Assembly (NCBI GenBank): GCA_041694815.1
Contig: JBGFSC010000033.1
Span: 90,609 to 154,608 of the forward strand
Length of the DNA: 64,000 bases
Reading direction: 5' to 3'
DNA from: Elusimicrobiota bacterium
GTDB lineage: Bacteria; Elusimicrobiota; Elusimicrobia; UBA1565; JACRDR01
Shown: positions 9,926 through 17,478 of the stretch, piece after piece
How the letters are laid out: each line of letters begins with the position of its first letter
Numbering within the stretch: position 1 is the first letter of the stretch
Translations under genes and position numbers: made by a program
Notes under the pieces: generated by a model
The model's database searches: none
What the model saw: the letters and a program-made list of their open reading frames with translations, nothing else
Told to the model about the DNA's origin: nothing

Positions 9926-11536
9926 ATGGCCCGAAGAGAACGATTAGGGGCTTGTCCCCTGCTTCAGAACTGCCTCAAGAGCGCGGCCTTGGCCGGCTTT
10001 TGGGGCGTCGTCGTTTTAGGGGCCATCCCGGCGTTCGCCGGGGAAGGAGGCGGGCAGGCGGGCACCTTCCTTTCCTATGGGGTCGGCGCCCGCGCCCTGG
10101 CGATGGGCGGTGCCTTCTACGCCATCTCAGACGACGCTACCGCGGGGTACTGGAACCCGGCCGGCTTGGCCCAGGTTCAACGCAAGGAGCTCACTACGAT
10201 GCAGGCCACGCTCTTCGCCCAGACCAAGCTCACCTATATGGGCTTCGCCTATCCCCGCGCCGCCGGCGGCACCTGGGCCTTCAGCCTGACGCAGTTGGTC
10301 TCCTCCGGTTTCGAGAAGGTCAGCGCCACCTTCGACCCCGCCACCAGCGAGCCCACCGGGGTGCAGACCGCGGGCAGCTTCTCCGACCAACAGACGGCCT
10401 ACGGCCTGTCCTGGGGAAAGCAGGTCACCGACACCATGTCCTTCGGAACGACGCTCAAGCAGGTCAAGCGCCAGCTCGACAATTCCGTCGACAGCCATAT
10501 GGCCATGGACATCGGCATGATGCGGCAGATGTCGAGTCTCCACAGGCTCGGCATCGGCGTGCAGAACGTCTTTAGCCGCAGCTCCGGGGACACCGACGAT
10601 AAACTGCCCGTCACGGCGAAGCTAGGCAACAGCCTGACCCTCTTTAAGGGTCGCCTTCTCTTCGGCCTCGACCTCGCCAAGCCACAGACCAGCGGCTTGG
10701 GCTGGCGCTTCGGCGGCGAGTTCTGGGCCACCCGCTGGTTTCCGCTCCGCTTCGGCCTGATGGGTTCGCCGGGCATCCAGGAGACCGATTTCGGCTTCGG
10801 CCTCGCCTTCCGCTACTTCAACCTCGACATCGCCAACGGCATCCACGATCTCGGCGCCAGCACCCGCATCTCGCTGACGGCCAAGTTCGGCAAGTCCAAG
10901 AACGAGGTTTCGGGAGAGAAGATCAGCGCGCTCATCCAGGCGGGCTTCGAGGCCTTCAAGGAGGGCAATTTCCGCCTCGCCACGGTGCGCTTCACGCAGG
11001 CGGCCGACGCCGACCCGGAGAACCGCGACGTGCGCGCGATGCTCACCCGCCTGCAGACGGCGGTGACCTACGTGCCCGAGGCCCAGGGCGGCGAGGAGAT
11101 ACAGACCTACATCCGCAAGGGCGTGATCGCCTACGTCGACGGCCGCGACCTGCGGGGCGCGGTCAATTCCCTGCGCTACGCCTTCAACAAGAACCCGCGC
11201 GACGAGAAGCTGCTCTCCTTGCTCAACTTAGTCGAGCGCGAGACGGGGGCCTCGGAGATGACCCGCAAGCCGGAGGGGCCCGAGCAGTTCACCTTCGTCG
11301 ATCAGAAGATCTTCGACGCGCGCCAGGCCGTCTACGACGGCAAGTACGACCTGGCCATCCGCCGCACGCAGGACGTGCTCGACCTGGAGCCCAACAACGT
11401 CACGGCGCTCGAGATCATGGGCAGCGCCTTCTTCCTGATGGAGGAGCGGGCCAAGGCGAAGGCGGTCTGGAAGAAGGTGCTCCAGATCGACCCGAAGAAC
11501 CGGGTGGTGCGCGAATTCCTCCAGCAGATTCAGTAA
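9926..11536 (+). CDS. PorV/PorQ-like (UPF0164/FadL-type) outer-membrane barrel protein fused to C-terminal TPR domains
   Basis: Signal peptide ending AFA. Family motif FLSYGVGARALAMGGAF..ISDDATAGYWNPAGL, amphipathic strands ending RISLTAKFG, then TPR-like helices. The start codon is uncertain. Confidence 0.8.
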   Translation: MARRERLGACPLLQNCLKSAALAGFWGVVVLGAIPAFAGEGGGQAGTFLSYGVGARALAMGGAFYAISDDATAGYWNPAGLAQVQRKELTTMQATLFAQTKLTYMGFAYPRAAGGTWAFSLTQLVSSGFEKVSATFDPATSEPTGVQTAGSFSDQQTAYGLSWGKQVTDTMSFGTTLKQVKRQLDNSVDSHMAMDIGMMRQMSSLHRLGIGVQNVFSRSSGDTDDKLPVTAKLGNSLTLFKGRLLFGLDLAKPQTSGLGWRFGGEFWATRWFPLRFGLMGSPGIQETDFGFGLAFRYFNLDIANGIHDLGASTRISLTAKFGKSKNEVSGEKISALIQAGFEAFKEGNFRLATVRFTQAADADPENRDVRAMLTRLQTAVTYVPEAQGGEEIQTYIRKGVIAYVDGRDLRGAVNSLRYAFNKNPRDEKLLSLLNLVERETGASEMTRKPEGPEQFTFVDQKIFDARQAVYDGKYDLAIRRTQDVLDLEPNNVTALEIMGSAFFLMEERAKAKAVWKKVLQIDPKNRVVREFLQQIQ

Positions 11537-11537
11537 A

Positions 11538-11600
11538 CGGCGACGAGCCAGGCATTGCCGCCTGCGGAGACCTCCTACGGCAATGCCTGGCTCGTCGCCG
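11538..11600. repeat. Perfect 23-bp inverted repeat (REP-like hairpin or terminator/stabiliser)
   Basis: CGGCGACGAGCCAGGCATTGCCG (11538-11560) pairs with 11578-11600, right after the PorV-like stop. No U-tract. Confidence 0.75.
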
Positions 11601-11606
11601 GGCGAC

Positions 11607-11635
11607 TTGAAAATTTAATATGGGGCCCCTACACT
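11607..11635 (+). promoter_or_regulatory. Putative sigma70 promoter for the motor genes
   Basis: TTGAAA-17 nt-TACACT, 8 nt before ATG 11644. Confidence 0.45.
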
Positions 11636-11643
11636 TATCGAGT

Positions 11644-13572
11644 ATGCTCCGCTTAAGGATCGTGGCGGCCTTATTGGCCGTTCACGCGGCGATGCCCGTC
11701 GGCGCCCGGGCGGTCGTCGACGCTCCCGACCTGTCGCTGCTCGAGAGAGAGACCGCCCTCAAGCGCGAGATCGAGAACAAGATCCAAAGCGATATTCTCG
11801 ACCCGATACTGGGCAAGGACCGGGCGAAGGTATTCATGGACATCCAGTTGGAGGTCATGGCCCAGCAGCGCGAGAATCAGCGCACCGGCGCCGGCATGGC
11901 GGAACGCTACAAAGAGAAGCTCGGTCCCAATCCGGGCGCCAGCTTTCCCATGCAATTCATCCTGCCCGGGGTGCCCAAGCCGAAGAACGTCAACAACGCC
12001 CCGACCCCCAAGCCGGAGGCCTCGCAGGGCCAGGTCGCCTCGCAGGAGAAGGCCGACAAGGAGGAGATATTCTCCCTGCAGACCACGGTCAAGCGCCTGC
12101 TCGTGACCGTGATCCACGACGATAGCCTGCCGCAGCCCAAACTCGAGATGGTGCGCCAGCGCATCATTGATGCCCTCACGCAGTTTAAGCTCGGCAAGGA
12201 CCAGATCGTTTTCCGACCCACGAATTTCAAGACGGCCGTATGGCTCGACGATTTGAAGAACCCGAGCGTCTACATCCCGCTGCTCTACGCGCTCCTCCTG
12301 CTGCTGCTGCTGCTGTTCCTCTTCGGACCGCTGGCGGGTTTCATGCGCCGCTATGTCGAGGCCATCCGGGAGAAACCCGCCGCGGAGGTGAACGTCGAAT
12401 CCCAGATCGAACAGCCGGAGGAGGAGGGGCGGGGCCTCGGGGGCCCCGAAAAGAGCGAGCTCGACATCATGCTCGGGCGCAAGCCGACCGAGCCGCCGCC
12501 GCCGTCGGAGGAGGACGAGGCCATGAAGAAATTTGAGCCGTTCGCCTACATCAACGAGGAGAACCTCAAGCGCCTGGCCAATCTGTTCATGCTGCGCCGC
12601 GAGGAGCCCTGGCTGATCGCCGTCGTCTTAAGCTACTTGAAGCCCGAGTTCGCGCGGCAGGTGCTAACGCAGTTGCCCGTGGAGCTGCAGGCCAAGGTCG
12701 CCCTGGAGGCCCTGAAGGTGCGGCAGGTGACCCGCGAGCAGGTGGTCGCCATCGACGCAGATGTCAAGGAGTCGATCGACTTCGTCGTCGGCGGTATGGA
12801 GCGCCTTACCCAGATGCTCGAGGAGTCCGACACGCAGACCCGCAAGAACATCCTGGAGTACCTAAAGAACGAGAAGCCCATGGTCTACGAGCGGGTGCGC
12901 AAGTTCATCCTCACCTTCGAGGACGTGGTGGGTTTCCCGGACCGCGAGATGCAGGCCATCGTCCGCGAGCTCAAGACCGACGCGATGGCGCGCGCCCTGC
13001 AGGGAGCCTCGCCGGAGGTGGTCAACAAATTCCTTTCCAACATGTCGGGGGGCGCGGCCTCCCTGCTCAAGGAGTCCATGGAGTACAGCAAGGGCTTGAC
13101 CGAGGCCCAGGTGGAGGAGGAGCGGAGCAAGATTATCGATACGATCAAGACGATGGAGAAGGAAGGCAAGATCGCCATACGCGAGGGGCGTGGCCAGCTC
13201 GAGGGCTTCCAGGAGGAGCTAGCTATCGAGCGCGTCGAGCGCCTCGGCGCGCGGGCGCAGGCGAAGGCGGCGCTGCCCGCTCCCGCCCCGGCCGCCGCTT
13301 CAGACCCTGCCGCCGCGCAGCAATTCCTACAGGCAGGAGCGCAGGCGCACGACGCAGGCCGTTTTGAGGAGGCCATGGCCCAGCTGCGCCAAGCCCTGGA
13401 TTTGGACCCGAATCTCTGGCAAGCTTATCAGTACCTTGGCAACGCCCTGCTGCAAACAGGTCGTGCGACGGAGGCGCTGGGCTGCTACGAGAAGCTGCTT
13501 GAGATCAATCCTGATCCCCAACTGCGGTCGTGGGTCGAGAGCTTCAAGGCCCAGTTGAAAACGGCATCATGA
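11644..13572 (+). CDS. FliF C-terminal (RBM3-like)-TM-FliG(M/C)-TPR fusion protein
   Basis: Signal peptide, then FliF_C-like LKREIENKIQ..LDPILGKDRAKVFMDIQLE...VKRLLVTV.HD...KDQIVF...F. One TM helix (VYIPLLYALLLLLLLLFLFG). FliG-like EEPWLIAVVLSYL, VGG, LTFEDV....DREMQ.IVREL, KFLSNMS..AA.LLKE. C-terminal TPR. Start moved from TTG/ATG 11620 of the track to ATG 11644. Confidence 0.8.
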   Translation: MLRLRIVAALLAVHAAMPVGARAVVDAPDLSLLERETALKREIENKIQSDILDPILGKDRAKVFMDIQLEVMAQQRENQRTGAGMAERYKEKLGPNPGASFPMQFILPGVPKPKNVNNAPTPKPEASQGQVASQEKADKEEIFSLQTTVKRLLVTVIHDDSLPQPKLEMVRQRIIDALTQFKLGKDQIVFRPTNFKTAVWLDDLKNPSVYIPLLYALLLLLLLLFLFGPLAGFMRRYVEAIREKPAAEVNVESQIEQPEEEGRGLGGPEKSELDIMLGRKPTEPPPPSEEDEAMKKFEPFAYINEENLKRLANLFMLRREEPWLIAVVLSYLKPEFARQVLTQLPVELQAKVALEALKVRQVTREQVVAIDADVKESIDFVVGGMERLTQMLEESDTQTRKNILEYLKNEKPMVYERVRKFILTFEDVVGFPDREMQAIVRELKTDAMARALQGASPEVVNKFLSNMSGGAASLLKESMEYSKGLTEAQVEEERSKIIDTIKTMEKEGKIAIREGRGQLEGFQEELAIERVERLGARAQAKAALPAPAPAAASDPAAAQQFLQAGAQAHDAGRFEEAMAQLRQALDLDPNLWQAYQYLGNALLQTGRATEALGCYEKLLEINPDPQLRSWVESFKAQLKTAS

Positions 13573-13584
13573 TAGGAGCGTCCC

Positions 13585-14958
13585 GTGTCCGAAGAAAAGA
13601 AAGACGATAAGAAGCCCTTTTCCTTGCCTCCTCTTCCCGGAGGCCTGAGGCTGCCGCCCATGCCGGGGATGGGGGCCGGCTCCCTGCGTCCCGGCCTGCC
13701 ACTGGGCCCGGGGCCCGCGGCGGCGGTGGCGCCCTCCGCCGTTCCGGAGCCGCCGAAGCCGCCGGAACCACCGGGGGCCGAGCTGGAACGCAAGCTGGCC
13801 GAGACCGAAAAGCGCCTGCAGGAGGAGAGGGAGAAGGTGCTCTTAGCCAATCTCAAGGCGCAGGAAGAGAAGGTCTACGCGGCGAAGGTAGAGACGGCGA
13901 TCAAGGAGGTGCAGGAGAAGCTGCGCCGTGACCGCCGGGACGCCGACGCCGAGGAGGCCAGGATACGCTTGGAGGCCCGCATCCAGGAGCTCGAACAGAA
14001 ACTCATCGCCGAGCGCGAGACATGGGTCACTACGCTCAAGGGGCAGATGCAGAGCCGCCAGGCGCAGGATCGCGAGATCGAGACGCAGTTCACCTCGCGG
14101 ATGCAGGAGATGGAGCGGCGCTGGCTGGAGGAGAAGGCGCATTGGCAGAAATCCCTCATGGGCAAGGAGGAGGAGAACCGCGCCCTCAGGAACATCGTCG
14201 AGAAGCTCAAGGGGGCGGACCTCGAGCTGCAAAAGGTGTCGCAGGAGAAGAAGCTCCTGGAGGTCCGGATCGCCGAACTGGGTCAGGAGGCCGCCGCCGC
14301 CCAATCGCAGGCGCGCGCCATGGCCGAGCATGAGAAGGAGTATTTCGCACTCAAGGCGGAGCTGACGTTGGCCCGCGAGCAGGCGCGGCTCAAGCAGGAG
14401 GCCCTCGAGGGGGAGCTCAAGAGGCTCAAGGACGAGAACGAGCCCCTGCGCCGCGACGCCCAGGGCGCCTACGCACGAGCCCGGGCCGAGGCCGACCTCG
14501 AGATCCATACCCACCGCGAGCGCTTCGAGCGGCAGGCCCAGGCGGCGCGGGAGGAGGCCGCCTCGGAAATCCAAAGGCTCAAGGGGCAATTGGAGGCCGC
14601 CAGCGCCTCGCTGCAGCGCATGCGGGCCGTCGGCGCGGCGTTGGAGAGGCAGGCCGCCGCCCTGCGGGTGCAGGCCGAGGAGGCGGGCAAGGCCAAAAAG
14701 GAGCTCGAGCAGATGAACGAGCGCTACAAGGCGGAGTTTCTCGTCCTGCAGCGCCGCTGGCTCGAGCGCGAAAAGGAGATACGCCAGGAGTCGCAGCGGG
14801 CCGTCGAGCAGATGCGGCGGGAGGCCGAGGCGGCCGTCGCCCAGGCGAGGAAGGATTTGGAGGAGGAGCGCCGCAGGACGGCGCTGCTTGAGGGCGAGAT
14901 CCGCCACCGCCAGGTCGCGGGGCTGCTCAAGCCCGAGCCTCCGGCGGCGCCGGCATGA
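13585..14958 (+). CDS. Cytoplasmic long coiled-coil protein with Pro-rich N-terminus
   Basis: AGGAG before GTG. About 60 aa P/G-rich, then about 380 aa E/K/R/Q/A/L heptad-like sequence. No TM or signal peptide. ATGA overlap with flbD. Confidence 0.8.
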   Translation: MSEEKKDDKKPFSLPPLPGGLRLPPMPGMGAGSLRPGLPLGPGPAAAVAPSAVPEPPKPPEPPGAELERKLAETEKRLQEEREKVLLANLKAQEEKVYAAKVETAIKEVQEKLRRDRRDADAEEARIRLEARIQELEQKLIAERETWVTTLKGQMQSRQAQDREIETQFTSRMQEMERRWLEEKAHWQKSLMGKEEENRALRNIVEKLKGADLELQKVSQEKKLLEVRIAELGQEAAAAQSQARAMAEHEKEYFALKAELTLAREQARLKQEALEGELKRLKDENEPLRRDAQGAYARARAEADLEIHTHRERFERQAQAAREEAASEIQRLKGQLEAASASLQRMRAVGAALERQAAALRVQAEEAGKAKKELEQMNERYKAEFLVLQRRWLEREKEIRQESQRAVEQMRREAEAAVAQARKDLEEERRRTALLEGEIRHRQVAGLLKPEPPAAPA

Positions 14959-15179
14959 TCCGCTTGACGCGACTCAACGGCTCGCCGATCACGGTGAACG
15001 CCGAGCTCATCGAGTCGATCGAGGGGGAGGCGGACACCGTCCTGTCCTTGGCGACGGGCAACCGCTACGTCGTCAAGGAGTCCGTCGAGGAGGTCGTCTC
15101 CAAGGTGGTCGAATACCGCAAGAAGGTCAACGCGGAGCGTCCCGTGACGAATCCCATTCAGGGGTTCGAGCGGAAGTAG
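14955..15179 (+). CDS. flbD: FlbD/SwrD family protein
   Basis: MIRLTRLNG.....NAELIESIE...DTVLSLATG..YVVKES.EEV; typical position upstream of motA. Confidence 0.9.
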   Translation: MIRLTRLNGSPITVNAELIESIEGEADTVLSLATGNRYVVKESVEEVVSKVVEYRKKVNAERPVTNPIQGFERK

Positions 15180-15192
15180 GGAAGGGGCCAAC

Positions 15193-16008
15193 ATGGATAT
15201 CGCAACAGTGATGGGCATCATCGTCTTCTTCGGACTGACCGTATCGTCGATATGGATCGCCGAAGGCGCGGCGGGATTTAAGCCTTTCGCCAACCTGGAG
15301 GCCTTGCTCATGGTGATGGGGGGCACTTTCTGCGCCACCCTGGTCAATTACCCGCTCAACCAGGTGGTCGGCCTGGGTGGGATCCTGCGCAAGGTGATGC
15401 GCTCCTCCGGCGAGGACACCTCCAAGATCGTCGGCACCTTCGTCGCCTTGTCACAGAAGGCCAAGCGGGAAGGCTTCCTCGCGCTGCAAGGCGACGTGCG
15501 CGGGCTCGACAACGATTTCCTGAGGCGGGGGGTGCAGCTCGTCATCGACGGGGCCGACCAGGAATTCATCCGGAACATGCTCGAGACCGAGATTGGCTTC
15601 CTCCGCGAACGGCATAAGGTCGGCCAGGAGATATTCAACGCCATGGGCACCTACGCCCCCGCCTTCGGCATCATCGGTACCGTGCTGGGCATGATACTCA
15701 TGCTCTCCTCGATCGATGACGTCGCTCAGGTCCCGCGCCGTATGGCCCTGGCCCTGGCGGCCGCCTTCTACGGGCTCGGCTCCGGTTACATGATATTCCT
15801 GCCCATGGGCGGCAAGCTTCGGCGGCGTTCCGAGGAGGAGATGCTCGTCAAGGAGATCGTCATCCGCGGGGTGCTGCTCCTGCAAAGCGGCGCGACCCCG
15901 AGCGTGGTGGAGGCCAATCTCAAGGCTTACTTGGAACCGGCCAAGCGCGTATTGATCAAGACGGCCGAGGAAGCGACGCCCGCCGCCCCGGCGCCCGGAG
16001 CAAGATAA
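15193..16008 (+). CDS. motA: MotA-family stator subunit
   Basis: MDIATVMG, GGT..ATLV.YP, AKREGFLAL, FLRRGVQLVIDG, APAFGIIGTVLGMI. Confidence 0.92.
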   Translation: MDIATVMGIIVFFGLTVSSIWIAEGAAGFKPFANLEALLMVMGGTFCATLVNYPLNQVVGLGGILRKVMRSSGEDTSKIVGTFVALSQKAKREGFLALQGDVRGLDNDFLRRGVQLVIDGADQEFIRNMLETEIGFLRERHKVGQEIFNAMGTYAPAFGIIGTVLGMILMLSSIDDVAQVPRRMALALAAAFYGLGSGYMIFLPMGGKLRRRSEEEMLVKEIVIRGVLLLQSGATPSVVEANLKAYLEPAKRVLIKTAEEATPAAPAPGAR

Positions 16009-16751
16009 TGCCCCTACGGGCGCCCAAGGGCTTCATCGACGAGACGGACCCCAAGGTCTGCCAGATTGGGCACCCCGCGCCCCCCTGGCTCGTCAACTAC
16101 GCCGATCTCATGACCGAACTGGTCTGCTTCTTCGTCATTCTCTACGCCTTGTCGGCGGCACTCAACAAGAACGTGCAGCAGGCCGCCAAGCAGGTCAAGG
16201 AGATGATCGAGAACAAGGAAGTCTCGGGTGAGGTGAAGGTCGACCGCGAAGGGCTCAAGATATCGCTGGAGGAGCAGGGAGAGAACGTCTTTTTCGAGAG
16301 CGGTTCGGCGGAGCTTACCCCGCGTATGCGCGTGCTCATGAACAAGCTCGCCCCGGTGCTGACTAAGCTCGTGCAGCAGCACGAGATCATCATCGAGGGG
16401 CATACCGACAATATCCCGATCAAGAACGACCTCTACCTCTCCAATTGGGAGCTCTCCTCCGAGCGCGCCACCAATGTCGTCGAATACCTGATCATGGCGC
16501 ACGGCTTCCCGCCATCCAAGATGGGGGCCATGGGGTACGGTGAGAACCGTCCGGTCGTTGCCAACGACACGCCGGCCAATCGCGCGCGCAACCGCCGGGT
16601 GGTTTTCTTCGTCAAGAACGCACCGATCGCGCCGCCGGCGGCCGCCAAGGCGCCCGCGGCCGTGCCCGCGCAGGCACAGGCTCCGCTTCCCGCCTCTAAG
16701 GGGGCGCTCGAGACGCTTCGAGGCGTCTTGTCCCGATTTACTCCAAAATGA
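16008..16751 (+). CDS. motB: MotB-family stator subunit with OmpA-like peptidoglycan-binding domain
   Basis: TM WLVNYADLMTELVCFFVILY containing the conserved Asp; IEGHTDN, NWELSSERA, RARNRRV. Confidence 0.92.
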   Translation: MPLRAPKGFIDETDPKVCQIGHPAPPWLVNYADLMTELVCFFVILYALSAALNKNVQQAAKQVKEMIENKEVSGEVKVDREGLKISLEEQGENVFFESGSAELTPRMRVLMNKLAPVLTKLVQQHEIIIEGHTDNIPIKNDLYLSNWELSSERATNVVEYLIMAHGFPPSKMGAMGYGENRPVVANDTPANRARNRRVVFFVKNAPIAPPAAAKAPAAVPAQAQAPLPASKGALETLRGVLSRFTPK

Positions 16752-16764
16752 TTCAATAAGACGA

Positions 16765-17463
16765 ATGCCCCGCCTCGTTCTATTCCTTTCCTTAATAATG
16801 ACCTTGAGCGCCTGCTCAGGCCTGCAATTGGGCAAGGGCAGGAAGAAGGTTGTCTTGTTCGATTACGCGGAAGGGCGCGTCGTCGACGTCGCGATTACGG
16901 ACCGGCGCACGGGGGCCACGGAATTGCTGTTCGTATCGATGCCGAAGCGCTCCCTGTTCTTGGAAGGCTATATTCAGGGAATCGTCACCGATTACAACGA
17001 CAACCCGATCCAGGGGGTGATCGTGCGTGCCTTGGCCGAGGGCGAGCAGAAAATGATCGAAAGCGGAAAGGCGGCCTTCCAGAGCTCATCCTTCGACGCG
17101 GGCGTCAGCGACACCAACGGCATCTACCGCATCCGCTTTTCTTTGCCCGTGATCAATCGCAAGATCGACGTGCGCGGGAAATTCCTGTACAATCCGGGCT
17201 GGGAGCAGGAGAAGGTCAATCTCGGCAAGGCGTACGAGCCCCAGACCAAGGAATCCCCCTTCCGGCTCATCTTCGATGAGGCGCAGGGAATGCTCGTATT
17301 CGCCGAGGGGATCCGCAAGGCCATCGTGATGCCCGTGCTCAGCAACGCCCCTCCCAAGACGCAGCTGCCCGGCGTCAAGCCCGTCGAGGCCCCGAAGGAA
17401 GAGAAGAAGCCGGAAAAGCCTGCGGAAGACGACCTGTTCAAGAGCTTCGGCTTCGGCCCCTAG
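16765..17463 (+). CDS. Putative lipoprotein with carboxypeptidase-regulatory-like (transthyretin-fold) domain
   Basis: MPRLVLFLSLIMTLSA-C lipobox; IQGIVTDYNDNPIQGVIV...SDTNGIYRI motif; 13 nt after motB. Confidence 0.7.
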   Translation: MPRLVLFLSLIMTLSACSGLQLGKGRKKVVLFDYAEGRVVDVAITDRRTGATELLFVSMPKRSLFLEGYIQGIVTDYNDNPIQGVIVRALAEGEQKMIESGKAAFQSSSFDAGVSDTNGIYRIRFSLPVINRKIDVRGKFLYNPGWEQEKVNLGKAYEPQTKESPFRLIFDEAQGMLVFAEGIRKAIVMPVLSNAPPKTQLPGVKPVEAPKEEKKPEKPAEDDLFKSFGFGP

Positions 17464-17478
17464 CCTGCCTTTCCCGCG

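Noticed and set aside
11644..16751. Ordinary flagellar operon
   Set aside because: No export, rod, hook, filament or switch genes in the window; the rotor is a fusion with altered motifs. Not fully excluded without the rest of the genome.
15193..16751. Zorya ZorAB or ExbBD/TolQR
   Set aside because: MotA has a flagellar-type cytoplasmic domain and no long ZorA tail; MotB has an OmpA-like domain; flbD and FliG are adjacent.
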